Shown here piece after piece: positions 14,301 through 27,676 of a stretch of DNA of 64,000 nucleotides. The stretch is from the human T2T-CHM13v2.0 reference genome, Homo sapiens. The stretch lies in assembly GCF_009914755.1 (NCBI RefSeq), contig NC_060933.1; one strand, written 5' to 3'. Position numbers and translations under genes: made by a program. Numbering within the stretch: position 1 is the first letter of the stretch; every line of letters begins with the position of its first letter. A model generated the notes under the pieces. That model was not told the origin of the DNA. It saw only the letters and a program-made list of their open reading frames with translations, and did no database searches.

Positions 14301-16336
14301 GGAATTGAATGGAATGGAACGCCTTCAAACCGAATGGAATGGAAAGGAATGGAATCAACACGAGTGGAATGGAATGGAATGGAAAGGAAAGGAATGGAAT
14401 GGAATGGTACCGAATAGAATGGAATGGAACGAACTGGAATGGAATGGAATGGAATGGAATGGAATGGAATCGTTCCGAGTGGAATAGGAGGGAATGTATT
14501 CGAGTGGAATGGAAAGGAATGGAATCAACCAGAGTGGAATGGAAGGGAATGGAATGGAATGGAAACTAATAGAATGGAATCAACCCGAGTGGAATGGAAT
14601 GGAAAGGACTGGAATGGAATGGAATGGAATGGAATGGAATGGAATCAACTCGATTGGAATGGAATGGAATGGAATGGAATGGAATGGAATGGAAAGGACT
14701 GGAATGGAATGGAATGGAATGGAATGGAATGGAATGGAATGGAATCAACTCGATTGGAATGGAATGGAATGGAATGGAATGGAATGGAATGGAATTAACC
14801 CGAATAGAATGGAATGGAATGGAATGGAATCAACTCGATTGCAATGGAATGGAATGGAATGGAATGGAATCGAATGGAATGGAATGGAATTAACCGGAAT
14901 AGAATGGAATGGAATGGAATGGAACGGAATGGAATGGAATGGAATGGAATGGAATGGAATGGAATGGAATGGAATCAACCCGAGTGCAGGGGAATGGAAT
15001 GGAATGGAATGCAATGGAATGGAATCATCCGGAATGGAATGGAATGGAATGGAATGCAATCAACCTGATGTAATGGAATGGAGTGGAATGGAATGGAATG
15101 GAATTAACCCGAATAGAATGGAATGGAATGGAATGGAACGGAATGGAATGGAATGGAATGGAATGGAATGGAATGGAATCTACCCGACTGCAGGGGAATG
15201 GAATGGAATGGAATGCAATGGAATGGACTCATCCGGAACGGAATGGAATGGAATGGAATGCAATCAACTTGATTGCAATGGAATGGAATGGAATGGAATG
15301 CAATCGAATGGAATGGAATGGAATTAACCCGAATAGAAAGGAATGGAATGGAATGGAAAGGAATGGAAGGGAATGGAATGGAATGTAATCAACCCGAGTG
15401 CAGGGCAATGGAATAGAATGGAATGCAATGGAATGGAATCATCCGGAATGGAATGGAATGGAATGGAATGCAATCAACCTGATGCAATGGAATGGAGTGG
15501 AATGGAATGGAATGGAATGGAAACATCCCGAATGGAATGGAATGTAATGGAGTGTAAGGGAATTGAATAGAATCAATCCGAATGTAATGGAATGGAATGG
15601 GATGAAATAGAATGGAATGGAATGGAATGGAATCAACCCGAGTGCAATGGAATGGATTCGAATGGAATGGAATGGAATGGAATGGATTCAACAAGAATGG
15701 AATGGAAAGGAATGGAATCAACCCGAGTGTAATGGCATGGAATGGAACGGAATGGAATGGGAAAGAATGGAATGGTACGGATTAGAATGGAATGGAATGA
15801 AATGGAGTGGAATGGAATGGAATGGAATGGAATTGAATGGAATGAATCCGTGTGCAATGGAATCGATTTGAATGGAATGGAATGGATTCAACTCGAATGG
15901 AATCAACTCAATTACAATGGAATGGAATGGAATGGAAAGGAATAGAATGGAATCAACCCGAATGGAATGGAATGGAAAGGACTGGAATGGAGTGGAATGG
16001 AATGGAATGGAATTAACCCGAATAGAATGGAATGGAACGGAATGGAACGGAATGTAATTTAATGGAATGGAATGGAATCAATCCGAGTGCAGGGGAATGG
16101 AATGGAATGGAATGCAATGGAATGGAATGATCCGGAATGGAATCAACTCGATTGCAATGGAATGGAATGGAATTGAATTAACCCGAATAGAATGGAATGG
16201 AATGGAATGGAACGGAATGGAATGGAATGGAATGGAATGGAATGGAATGGAACGAAAAGGAATGGAATCAACCCGAGTGGAAAGGACTGGAATGGAGTGG
16301 AATGGAATGGAATGGAATGGAATGGAATGGAATGGA
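11353..16336 (+). repeat. Large repeat unit U2, ~4.98 kb (short form with ~3.44 kb internal deletion)
   Basis: CGTTCCTAG at 11355 and 16339 (offset 4984). The offset to U1 drops from 8402 (TAAACCCGAG 4081/12483) to 4964 (AACCCGCGTG 7581/12545). Confidence 0.85.
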
Positions 16337-19300
16337 ATCGTTCCTAGTGGAATAGGAGGGAATGTATTCGAGTGGAATGGAAAGGAATGGAATCAACCAG
16401 AGTGGAATGGAAGGGAATGGAATGGAATGGAAACTAATAGAATTGAATCAACCCGAGTGGAATGGAATGGAAAGGACTGGTATGGAATGGAATGGAATGG
16501 AATGGAATGGAATGGAATCAACTCGATTTTAATGGAATGGAATGGAATGGAATGGAATTAACCCGAATACAATGGAATGGAATGGAATGGAACGGAATGG
16601 AGTGGAATGGAATGGAATCAACCCGAGTGCAGGGGAATGGAATGGAATGGAATGCAATGGAATGGAATCATCCGGAATGGAATGGAATGGAATGCAAAGC
16701 AATGGAATCAACTCGATTGCAATGGAATGGAATGGAATGGAAAGGAATACATTGGAATCAACCCGAGTGGAATGGAATGGAAAGGGCTGGAATGGAGTGG
16801 AATGGAATGGAATGGAATGGAATGGAATAAACTCGATTGGAATGGAATGGAATGGAATGGAATTAACCCGAATACAATGGAATGGAATGGAATGGAACGG
16901 AACGGAACGGAATGGAATGGAATGGAATGGAATGGAATGGAATGGAATGGAATCAACCCGACTGCAGGGGAATGGAATGGAATGGAATGCAATGGAATGC
17001 ATTCAACTTGAATGGAATGGAAAGAATGGAATCAACACGAGTGGAATGGCATGCATTGGAATGGAATGGAATGGAATGAACCCGAGTACAGGGGAATAGA
17101 ATGGAATGGAATGCAATGGAATGGAATCATCCGCAATGGAATGGAAAGGAATGGAATGGAATGGAATGGAATGGAATGGAATGGAATGGAATCAACTCGA
17201 TTGCAATCGAATGGAATGGAATGGAATTAACCCGAATAGAATGGAATGTAATGGAATGGAACGGAACGGAACGGAATGGAATGGAATGGAATGGAATGGA
17301 ATGGAACAGAAAGGAATGGAAAGGAATGGAATGGAATGGAATGGAATGGAATGGAATCAACGCGAGTGCAGGGGAATGGAATGGAATGGAATGCAATGGA
17401 ATGGAATCTTCCGGAATGGAATGGAATGGAACGGAATGGAATGGAATGGAATGGAATGGAATGGAATAAACCCGAGTGCAATGGAATGGAGTGGAATGGA
17501 ATGGAATGGAATGGAACAACCCAAATGGAATGGAATGTAATGGAGAGTAAGGGAGTTGAATAGAATCAATCCGAATGTAATGGAATGCAATGGAAAGGAA
17601 TGGAATTGAATGGAATGGAATGAAATGCAATGGAATGGAATCAACCCGAGTGCAATGGTATGGAGAGGAATGGAATGGAATGGAATGGAAACTACCCGAA
17701 CGGAATGGAATGTAATGGAGTGTAAGGGAATTGAATAGAATCAATCCGAATGTAATAGAAAGGAATGGAACGGAATGGAATGGAATGGAATGGAATGGAA
17801 TGCAATGGAATGGAATCAACCCGAGTGCAATCGAATGGAATCGAATGGAATGGCATGCAATGGAATGGATTCAACTTGAATTGAATGGAAAGAATGGAAT
17901 CAACACGAGTGGAAGGGCATGGATTGGAATGCAATGGAATGGAATCAACCCGAGTACATGGGAATGGAATGGAATGGAATGCAATGGAATGGAATCATCC
18001 GTAATGGAATGGAAAGGAATGGAATGGAATGGAATGGAATGGAATGGAATGGAATGGAATGGAATCAACACGATTGCAATCGAATGGAATGGAATGCAAT
18101 TAACCCGAATAGAATGGAATGGAATGGAATGGAACGGAACGGAATGGAATGGAATGGAATGGAATGGAACGGAAAGGAACGGAATGGAATGGAATGGAAT
18201 GGAATGGAATGGACTGGAATGGAATCAACGCGAGTGCAGGGGAATGGAATGGAATGGAATGGAACGGAAAGGAACGGAATGGAATGGAATGGAATGGAAT
18301 GGAATGGACTGGAATGGAATCAACGCGAGTGCAGGGGAATGGAATGGAATGGAATGCAATGGAATGGAATCTTCCGGAATGAAATGGAATGGAATGAAAT
18401 GCAATGGATTGAACTCGATTGCAATGGAATGGAATGGAATGGAATGGAATGGAATGGAATTAACACGAATAGAATGGAATGGAATGGAATGGAACGGAAC
18501 GGAACGGAACGGAACGGAATGGAATGGAATGGAATGGAATGGAATGGAATGGTATGGAATGGAATGGTACGGAATAGAATGGAATGGAACGAATTGTAAT
18601 GGAATGGAATTGAATGGAATGGAATGGAATGCAATGGAATCAACGCGAGTGCAGGGGAAAGTAATGGAAAGGAATGCAATGGAATGGAATCATCCGGAAT
18701 GGAATGGAATGGAATGGAATGGAATCAACCCGAGTGCAATGGAATGGAGTGGAATGGAATGGAATGGAATTGAACAACCCGAATGGAATGGAATGTAATG
18801 GAGAGTAAGGGAGTTGAATAGAATCAATCCGAATGTAATGGAATGGAATGCAACGGAATGGAATGGAATGGAATGGAATGGAATGGAATGCAAAGGAATG
18901 GAATCAACCCGAGTGGAATGGCATGGAATGGAATGCAATGGAATGGAATGGAATGGAATCAACTCGAGTGGAAAGGAATGGAATGGAATGGAAAGGAATG
19001 GAATGAAATCATCTCGAGTGGAATGGAATGGAATGGAATGGATTGGAATGGATTGCAATGGAATGAAATGGAATGGAATGGAATGGAATCAATCATTCCG
19101 AGTGGAATGGAAGGGAATGTAATGGAGTGGAAAGAAGGGAATGGAATCAACCCGATTGGAATGCAAGGCAATGGAATGGAATGGAAAGGAATGGAATGGA
19201 ATCATCTCGATTGCAATGGAATGGAATGGAATGGAATGGAAAGGAATGGAATTCACCGGAATAGAATGGAATGCAATGGAATGGAACGGAATGGAATGGA

Positions 19301-22300
19301 GTGGAAGGGAATGGAATCAACACGAGTGCAGGGGAATGGAATGGTAAGGAATGCAATTGAATGGAATCATCCGGAATGGAATGGAATGGAATGGAATCAA
19401 CACCATTGCAATGCAATGGAATGGAATGGAATGGAATAGAATGGAATAGAATTAACCCGAATAGAATGGAATGCAATAGAATGGAATGGAACGGAACCGA
19501 ATGCAGTGGAATGGAATGGAATGGAATCAACCTGAGTGCAGGGAAATGGAATGGAATGGAATGCAATGGAATGGAATCATCCGGAATGGAATGGAATGGA
19601 ATCAAATCGAGTGCAATGGAATGGAGTGAAATGGAATGGAATGGAATGGAAACAACCAGAATGGATTGGAATATAATGGAGTGTAAGGGAATTGAATAGA
19701 ATCAATCTGAATGTAATGAAATGGAATGGAACGGAATGGAATTGAATGGAATGGAATCGAATGGAATGGAATGGAATGGAATCAACCCGAGTGCAATGGA
19801 ATGGATTCGAATGGAATGGAATGGAGTGGAATGGATTCAACCCGAATGGAATGGAAAGGAATGGAATCAACCAGAGTGGAATGACATGGAATGGAATGGA
19901 ATGGAATGGAATGGAATGGAATGGAATGGAATGGTTCGGAATAGAATGGATTGGAACAAAATGCAATGGAATGGAATGGAATGGAATGGAATGGAATGGA
20001 ATGGAATCAAGTCGATTGCAATGGAATGGAAAGGAATGGAATGGAACGGATTGGAATGGAATGGAATGGAATGGAATGGAATGGAATGGAATGGAATGGA
20101 ATGGAATGAAATGGAACGGAATGGAATGGAATCAACCCGAGTGCAGGGGAATGGAATGGAATGGAATGCAATGGAATGGAATGGAATGGAATGAAATGAA
20201 ATGGAATGGAATGGAATTTAATCAACCCGAGTGGAATGGCATGGAATGGAATGCAATGGAATGGAATGGAATGGAAACAACTCGAGTGGAAAGGAATGGA
20301 ATGGAATGGAAAGGAATGGAATGAAATCAACTCGAGTGGAATGGAATGGAATGGAATGGATTGGAATGGATTGCAATGGAATGAAGTGGAATGGAATGGA
20401 ATGGAATCAATCATTCCGAGTGGAATGGAAGGGAATGTAATGGAGTGGAAAGAAGGGAATGGAATAAACCCGAGTGGAATGCAAGGCAATGGAATGGAAT
20501 GGAAAGGAATGGAAAGTAATCAACTCGATTGCAATGGAATGGAATGGAATGGAATGGAATGGAAAGGAATGGAAAGGAATGAAATGGAATGGAATGGAGT
20601 GCAATGGAATGGAATCAACCCGAGTGCAATCGAATGGAATCAAATGGAATGGAATGCAATGGAATGGATTCAACTTGAATGGAATGGAAAGAATGGAATC
20701 AACACGAGTGGAATGGCATGGATTGGAATGGAATGGAATGGAATCAACCCGAGTACAGGGGAATGGAATGGAATGGAATGCAATGGAATGGAATCATCCG
20801 TAATGGAATGGAAAGGAATGGAATGGAATGGAATGGAATGGAATGGAATGGAATCAACTCGATTGCAATCGAATGGAATGGAATTGAATTAACCCGAATA
20901 GAATGGAATAGAATCGAATGGAACGGAAAGGAATGGAATGGAATGGAATGGATTGGAATGGAACGGAACGGAATGGAATGGAATGGAATGGAATGGAATC
21001 AACGCGAGTGCAGGGGAATGGAATGGAATGGAATGCAATGGAACGGAATCTTCCGCAATGGAATGGAATGGAATGGAATGGAATGGAATCAACCCGAGTG
21101 CAGGGGAATGGAATGGAATGGAAAGCAATGGAATGGAATCATCCGGAATGGAATGGAATGGAATGCAATGGAATGGAATGGAATGGAATGGAATCAACCT
21201 AAGTGCAATGGAACAGAATGAAATGGAATGGAATGGAATGGAAACAACCAGAATGGATTGGAATATAATGGAGTGTAAGGGAATTGAATAGAATGAATCT
21301 GAATGTAATGAAATGGAATGGAACGGAACGGAATGGAATGGAATGGAATGGAATGCAATGGAATGGAATCAACCCGCGTGCAATCGAATGGAATTGAATG
21401 CAATGGAATGCAATGGAATGGATTCAACTTGAATGGAATGGAAAGAATGGAATCAACACGAGTGGAATGGCATGGATTGGAATGGAATGGAATAGAATCA
21501 ACCCGAGTACAGGGGAATGGAATGGAATGGAATGCAATGGAATGGAATCATCCGTAATGGAATGGAAAGGAATGGAATGTAATGGAATGGAATGCAATGG
21601 AATGGAATGGAATGGAATCAACTCGATTGCAATCGAATGGAATGGAATGGAATTAACCCGAATAGAATGGAATGGAATGGCATGGAACGGAACGGAATGG
21701 AATGGAATGGAATGGAATGGAATGGAACGGAAAGGAAGGGAATGGAATGGAATAGAATGGAATGGAATGGAATCAACGCGAGTTTAGGGGAATGGAATGG
21801 AATGGAATGCAATGGAATGGAATCATCCGGAATGGAATGGAATGGAATGCAATGGAATGGAATAGAATGGAATCAACCCGAGTGCAATGGAACGGAGTGA
21901 AATGGAATGGAATGGAATGGAAACAACCAGAATGGATTGGAATATAATGGAGTGTAAGGGAATTGAATAGAATCAATCCGAATGGAATGGAATGGAATGC
22001 AACGGAATGGAATGGAATGGAATGGAATGGAATGCAATGGAATGGAATCAACCCGAGTGCAATCGAATGGAATCGAATGGAATGGAATGCAATGGAATGG
22101 ATTCAACTTGAATGGAATGGAAAGAATGGAATCAACACGAGTGGAATGGCATGGATTGGAATGGAATGGAATGCAATCAACCCGAGTACAGAGGAATGGA
22201 ATGGAATGGAATGCAATGGAATGGAATCATCCCTAATGGAATGAGAAGGAATGGAATGGAATGGAATGGAATGGAATGGAATGGAATGGAATCAACTCGA

Positions 22301-25129
22301 TTGCAATCGAATGGAATGGAATGGAATTAACCCGAATAGAATGGAATGGAATGGAACGGAACGGAACGGAATGGAATGGAATGGAATGGTACGGAAAGGA
22401 ACGGAACGGAATGGAACGGAATGTAATGGAATGGAATGGAATGGAATGGAATGGAATCAAAGCGAGTGCAGGGGAATGGAATGGAATGGAATGCAATGGA
22501 ATGGAATCTTCCGGAATGGAATGGAATGGAATGGAATGAAATGCAATGGATTCAAATCGATTGCAATGGAATGGAATAGAATGGAATGGAATGGAATGCA
22601 ATGGAATTAATCCGAATAGAATGGAATGGAATGGAATGGAACGGAATGCAACGGAATGGAATGGAATGGAATGGAATGGTACGGAATGGAATGGAATGGT
22701 ACGGAATAGAATGGAATGGAACGAATTGCAATGGAATGGAATTGAATGGAATGGAATGGAATGGAATGGAATCAACGCGATTGCAGGGGAATGTAATGGA
22801 ACGGAATGCAATGGAATGGAATCATCCGGAATGGAATGGAATGGAATGGAATGGAATGGAATCAACCCGAGTGCAATGGAATGGAGTGGAATGGAATGGA
22901 ATGGAATGGAACAACCCGAAGGGAATGTAATGTAATGCAGAGTAAGGGAGTTGAATAGAATCAATCCGATTGTAATGGAATGGAATGCAACGGAATGGAA
23001 TGGAATGGAATGGAATGGAATGGAATGGAATGCAATGGAATGGAATCAACTCGAGTAAAGTGGAATGCAATGGAATGGAATGGAATGGAATGGAATGGAA
23101 TGGAATGGAATAGAATGGAATGGAATTGAATGGAATGGAACGCCTTCAAACCGAATGGAATGGAAAGGAATGGAATCAACACGAGTGGAATGGAATGGAA
23201 TGGAAAGGAAAGGAATGGAATGGAATGGTACCGAATAGAATGGAATGGAACGAACTGGAATGGAATGGAATGGAATGGAATGGAATGGAATGGAATGGAA
23301 TCGTTCCGAGTGGAATAGGAGGGAATGTATTCGAGTGGAATGGAAAGGAATGGAATCAACCAGAGTGGAATGGAAGGGAATGGAATGGAATGGAAACTAA
23401 TAGAATGGAATCAACCCGAGTGGAATGGAATGGAAAGGACTGGAATGGAATGGAATGGAATGGAATGGAATGGAATCAACTCGATTGGAATGGAATGGAA
23501 TGGAATGGAATGGAATGGAATGGAAAGGACTGGAATGGAATGGAATGGAATGGAATGGAATGGAATCAACTCGATTGGAATGGAATGGAATGGAATGGAA
23601 TGGAATGGAATTAACCCGAATAGAATGGAATGGAATGGAATGGAATCAACTCGATAGCAATGGAATGGAATGGAATGGAATGGAATCGAATGGAATGGAA
23701 TGGAATTAACCGGAATAGAATGGAATGGAATGGAATGGAATGGAATGGAATGGAATGGAATGGAATGGAATGGAATCAACCCGAGTGCAGGGGAATGGAA
23801 TGGAATGGAATGCAATGGAATGGAATCATCCGGAATGGAATGGAATGGAATGGAATGCAATCAACCTGATGTAATGGAATGGAGTGGAATGGAATGGAAT
23901 GGAATTAACCCAAATAGAATGGAATGGAATGGAATGGAACGGAATGGAATGGAATGGAATGGAATGGAATGGAATGGAATCTACCCGACTGCAGGGGAAT
24001 GGAATGGAATGGAATGCAATGGAATGGAATCATCCGGAACGGAATGGAATGGAATGGAATGCAATCAACTTGATTGCAATGGAATGGAATGGAATGGAAT
24101 GCAATCGAATGGAATGGAATGGAATTAACCCGAATAGAAAGGAATGGAATGGAATGGAAAGGAATGGAAGGGAATGGAATGGAATGTAATCAACCCGAGT
24201 GCAGGGCAATGGAATAGAATGGAATGCAATGGAATGGAATCATCCGGAATGGAATGGAATGGAATGGAATGCAATCAACCTGATGCAATGGAATGGAGTG
24301 GAATGGAATGGAATGGAATGGAAACATCCCGAATGGAATGGAATGTAATGGAGTGTAAGGGAATTGAATAGAATCAATCCGAATGTAATGGAATGGAATG
24401 GGATGAAATAGAATGGAATGGAATGGAATGGAATCAACCCGAGTGCAATGGAATGGATTCGAATGGAATGGAATGGAATGGAATGGATTCAACAAGAATG
24501 GAATGGAAAGGAATGGAATCAACCCGAGTGTAATGGCATGGAATGGAACGGAATGGAATGGGAAAGAATGGAATGGTACGGATTAGAATGGAATGGAATG
24601 AAATGGAATGGAATGGAATGGAATGGAATGGAATTGAATGGAATGAATCCGTGTGCAATGGAATCGATTTGAATGGAATGGAATGGATTCAACTCGAATG
24701 GAATCAACTCAATTACAATGAAATGGAATGGAATGGAAAGGAATAGAATGGAATCAACCCGAATGGAATGGAATGGAAAGGACTGGAATGGAGTGGAATG
24801 GAATGGAATGGAATTAACCCGAATAGAATGGAATGGAACGGAATGGAACGGAATGTAATGGAATGGAATGGAATGGAATCAATCCGAGTGCAGGGGAATG
24901 GAATGGAATGGAATGCAATGGAATGGAATGATCCGGAATGGAATCAACTCGATTGCAATGGAATGGAATGGAATTGAATTAACCCGAATAGAATGGAATG
25001 GAATGGAATGGAACGGAATGGAATGGAATGGAATGGAATGGAATGGAATGGAACGAAAAGGAATGGAATCAACCCGAGTGGAAAGGACTGGAATGGAGTG
25101 GAATGGAATGGAATGGAATGGAATGGAAT
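16337..25129 (+). repeat. Large repeat unit U3, ~8.79 kb (longest form)
   Basis: Collinear with U1 at offset 13386-13402, then 13790 after an extra 388-bp module at ~20193-20580. It departs from U1 at ~25130 (CAACTAGATTG instead of CGTTCCTAG). Confidence 0.85.
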
Positions 25130-27676
25130 CAACTAGATTGGAATAGAATGGAATGCAATGGAATGGAATTAACCCGAATAGAATGGAATGGAATGGAATG
25201 GAACGGAATGGAATGGAATGGAATGGAATGGAATCAACCCGACTGCAGGGAAATGGAATGGAATGGAATGGAATGCAAAGGAATGGATTCAACTTGAATG
25301 GAATGGAAAGAATGGAATCAACAAGAGTGGAATGGCATGGATTGGAATGGAATGGAATGGAATCAACCCGAGTACAGGAAAATGGAATGGAATGGAATGC
25401 AATGGAATGGAATCATCCGTAATGGAATGGAAAGGAAAGGAATGGAATGGAATGGAATGGAATGGAATGGAATCAACTCGATTGCAATGGAATGGAATGG
25501 AATTGAATTAACCCGAATAGAATGGAATGGAATGGAATGGAACGGAACGGAATGGAATGGAATGGAACGAAAAGGAATGGAATGGAATGGAACGGAATGG
25601 AATGGAATGGAATGGAATGGAATGGAATGGAATCAACGCGAGTGAAGGGGAATGGAATGGAATGGAATGCAATGGAATGGAATCTTCCGGAATTGAATGG
25701 AAAGGAATGGTATGGAATGGAATGGAATCAACTCGATTGCAATCGAATGGAATGGAAAGGAATTAACCCGAATAGAATGGAATGGAATGGAATGGAACGG
25801 AACGGAATGGAATGGAATGGAATGGAATGGAATGGAACGGAACGGAATGGAATGGAATGGAATGGAATGGAATGGAATGGAATCAACGCGAGTGCAGGGG
25901 AATGGAATGGAATGGAATGCAATGGAATGGAATCTTCCGGAATGGAATGGAATGGAATGGAATGGAATGAAATGCAATGGATTCAACTCGATTGCAATGG
26001 AATGGAATAGAATGGAATGGAATGGAATGGAATGGAATTAATCCGAATAGAGTGGAATGGAATGGAATGGAACGGAATGGAACGGAATGGAATGGAATGG
26101 AATGGAATGGAATGGTATGGAATGGAATGGAGTGGTACGGAATAGAATGGAATGGAACGAATTGTAATGGAATGGAATTGAATGGAATGGAATGGAATGG
26201 AATCAACGCGAGTGCAGGGGAATGTAATGGAACGGAATGCAATGGAATCGAATCATCCGGAATGGAATGGAATGGAATCAACCCGAGTGCAATGGAATGG
26301 AGTGGAATGGAATGGAATGGAATGGAACAACCCGAATGGAATGGAATGTAATGGAGAGTAAGGGAGTTGAATAGAATCAATCCGAATGTAATGGAATGGA
26401 ATGCAACGGAATGGAATGGAATGGAATGGAATGGAATGCAATGGAATGGAATCAACCCGAGTACAATGGAATGGAATGGAATGGAATGGAATGGAATGGA
26501 ATGGAATGGAATGGAATGGAATGGAATGGAATGATACGGAATAGAATGGAATGGAACGAAATGGAATGGAATGGAATGGAATGGAATGGAATGGAATGGA
26601 ATGGAATCGTTCCGAGTGGAATACGAGGGAATGTATTCGAGTGGAATGGAAAGGAATGGAATCAACCAGAGTGGAATGGAAGGGAATGGAATGGAATGGA
26701 AACTAATAGAATGGAATCAACCCGAGTGGAATGGAATGGAAAGGACTGGAATGGAATGGAATGGAATGGAATCAACTCGATTGTAGTGGAATGGAATGGA
26801 ATGGAATGGAATAGAATGGAATGGAATGGAATTAACCCGAATAAAATGGAATGGAATGGAATGGAACGGAATGGAGTGGAATGGAATGGAATCAACCCGA
26901 GTGCAGGGGAATGGAATGGAATGGAATGCAATGGAATGGAATCATCCGGAATGGAATGGAATGGAATGGAATGCAAAGTAATGGAATCAACTCGATTGCA
27001 ATGGAATGGAATGGAATGGGAAGGAATACATTGGAATCAACCCGAGTGGAATGGAATGGAAAGGACTGGAATGGAGTGGAATGGAATGGAATGGAATGGA
27101 ATGGAATCAACTCGATTGGAATGGAATGGAATGGAATGGAATGGAATGGAATGGAATTAACCCGAATAGAATGGAATGGAATGGAATGGAACGGAACGGA
27201 ATGGAATGGAATGGAATGGAATGGAATGGAATGGAATGGAATGGAATGGAATCAACCAGACTGCAGGGGAATGGAATGGAATGGAATGCAATGGAATGGA
27301 TTCAACTTGAATGGAATGGAAAGAATGGAATCAACACGAGTGGAATGGCATGGATTGGAATGGAATGGAATGGAATCAACCCGAGTACAGGGGAATGGAA
27401 TGGAATGGAATGCAATGGAATGGAATCATCCGTAATGGAAGGGAAAGGAATGGAATGGAATGGAATGGAATGGAATGGAATGGAATGGAATCAACTCGAT
27501 TGCAATCGAATGGAATGGAATGGAATTAACCCGAATAGAATGGAATGGAATGGAATGGAACGGAACGGAATGGAATGGAATGGAATGGAACGGAACGGAA
27601 TGGAATGGAATGGAATGGAATGGAATCAACCCGAGTGCAATCGAATGGAATCGAATGGAATGGAATGTAATGGAAT

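Noticed and set aside
26975-26992. DUX4-like site TAATGGAATCA
   Set aside because: It is an imperfect match to TAAYYYAATCA, noticed only as a sporadic variant. DUX4 binding is established mainly for HSATII.
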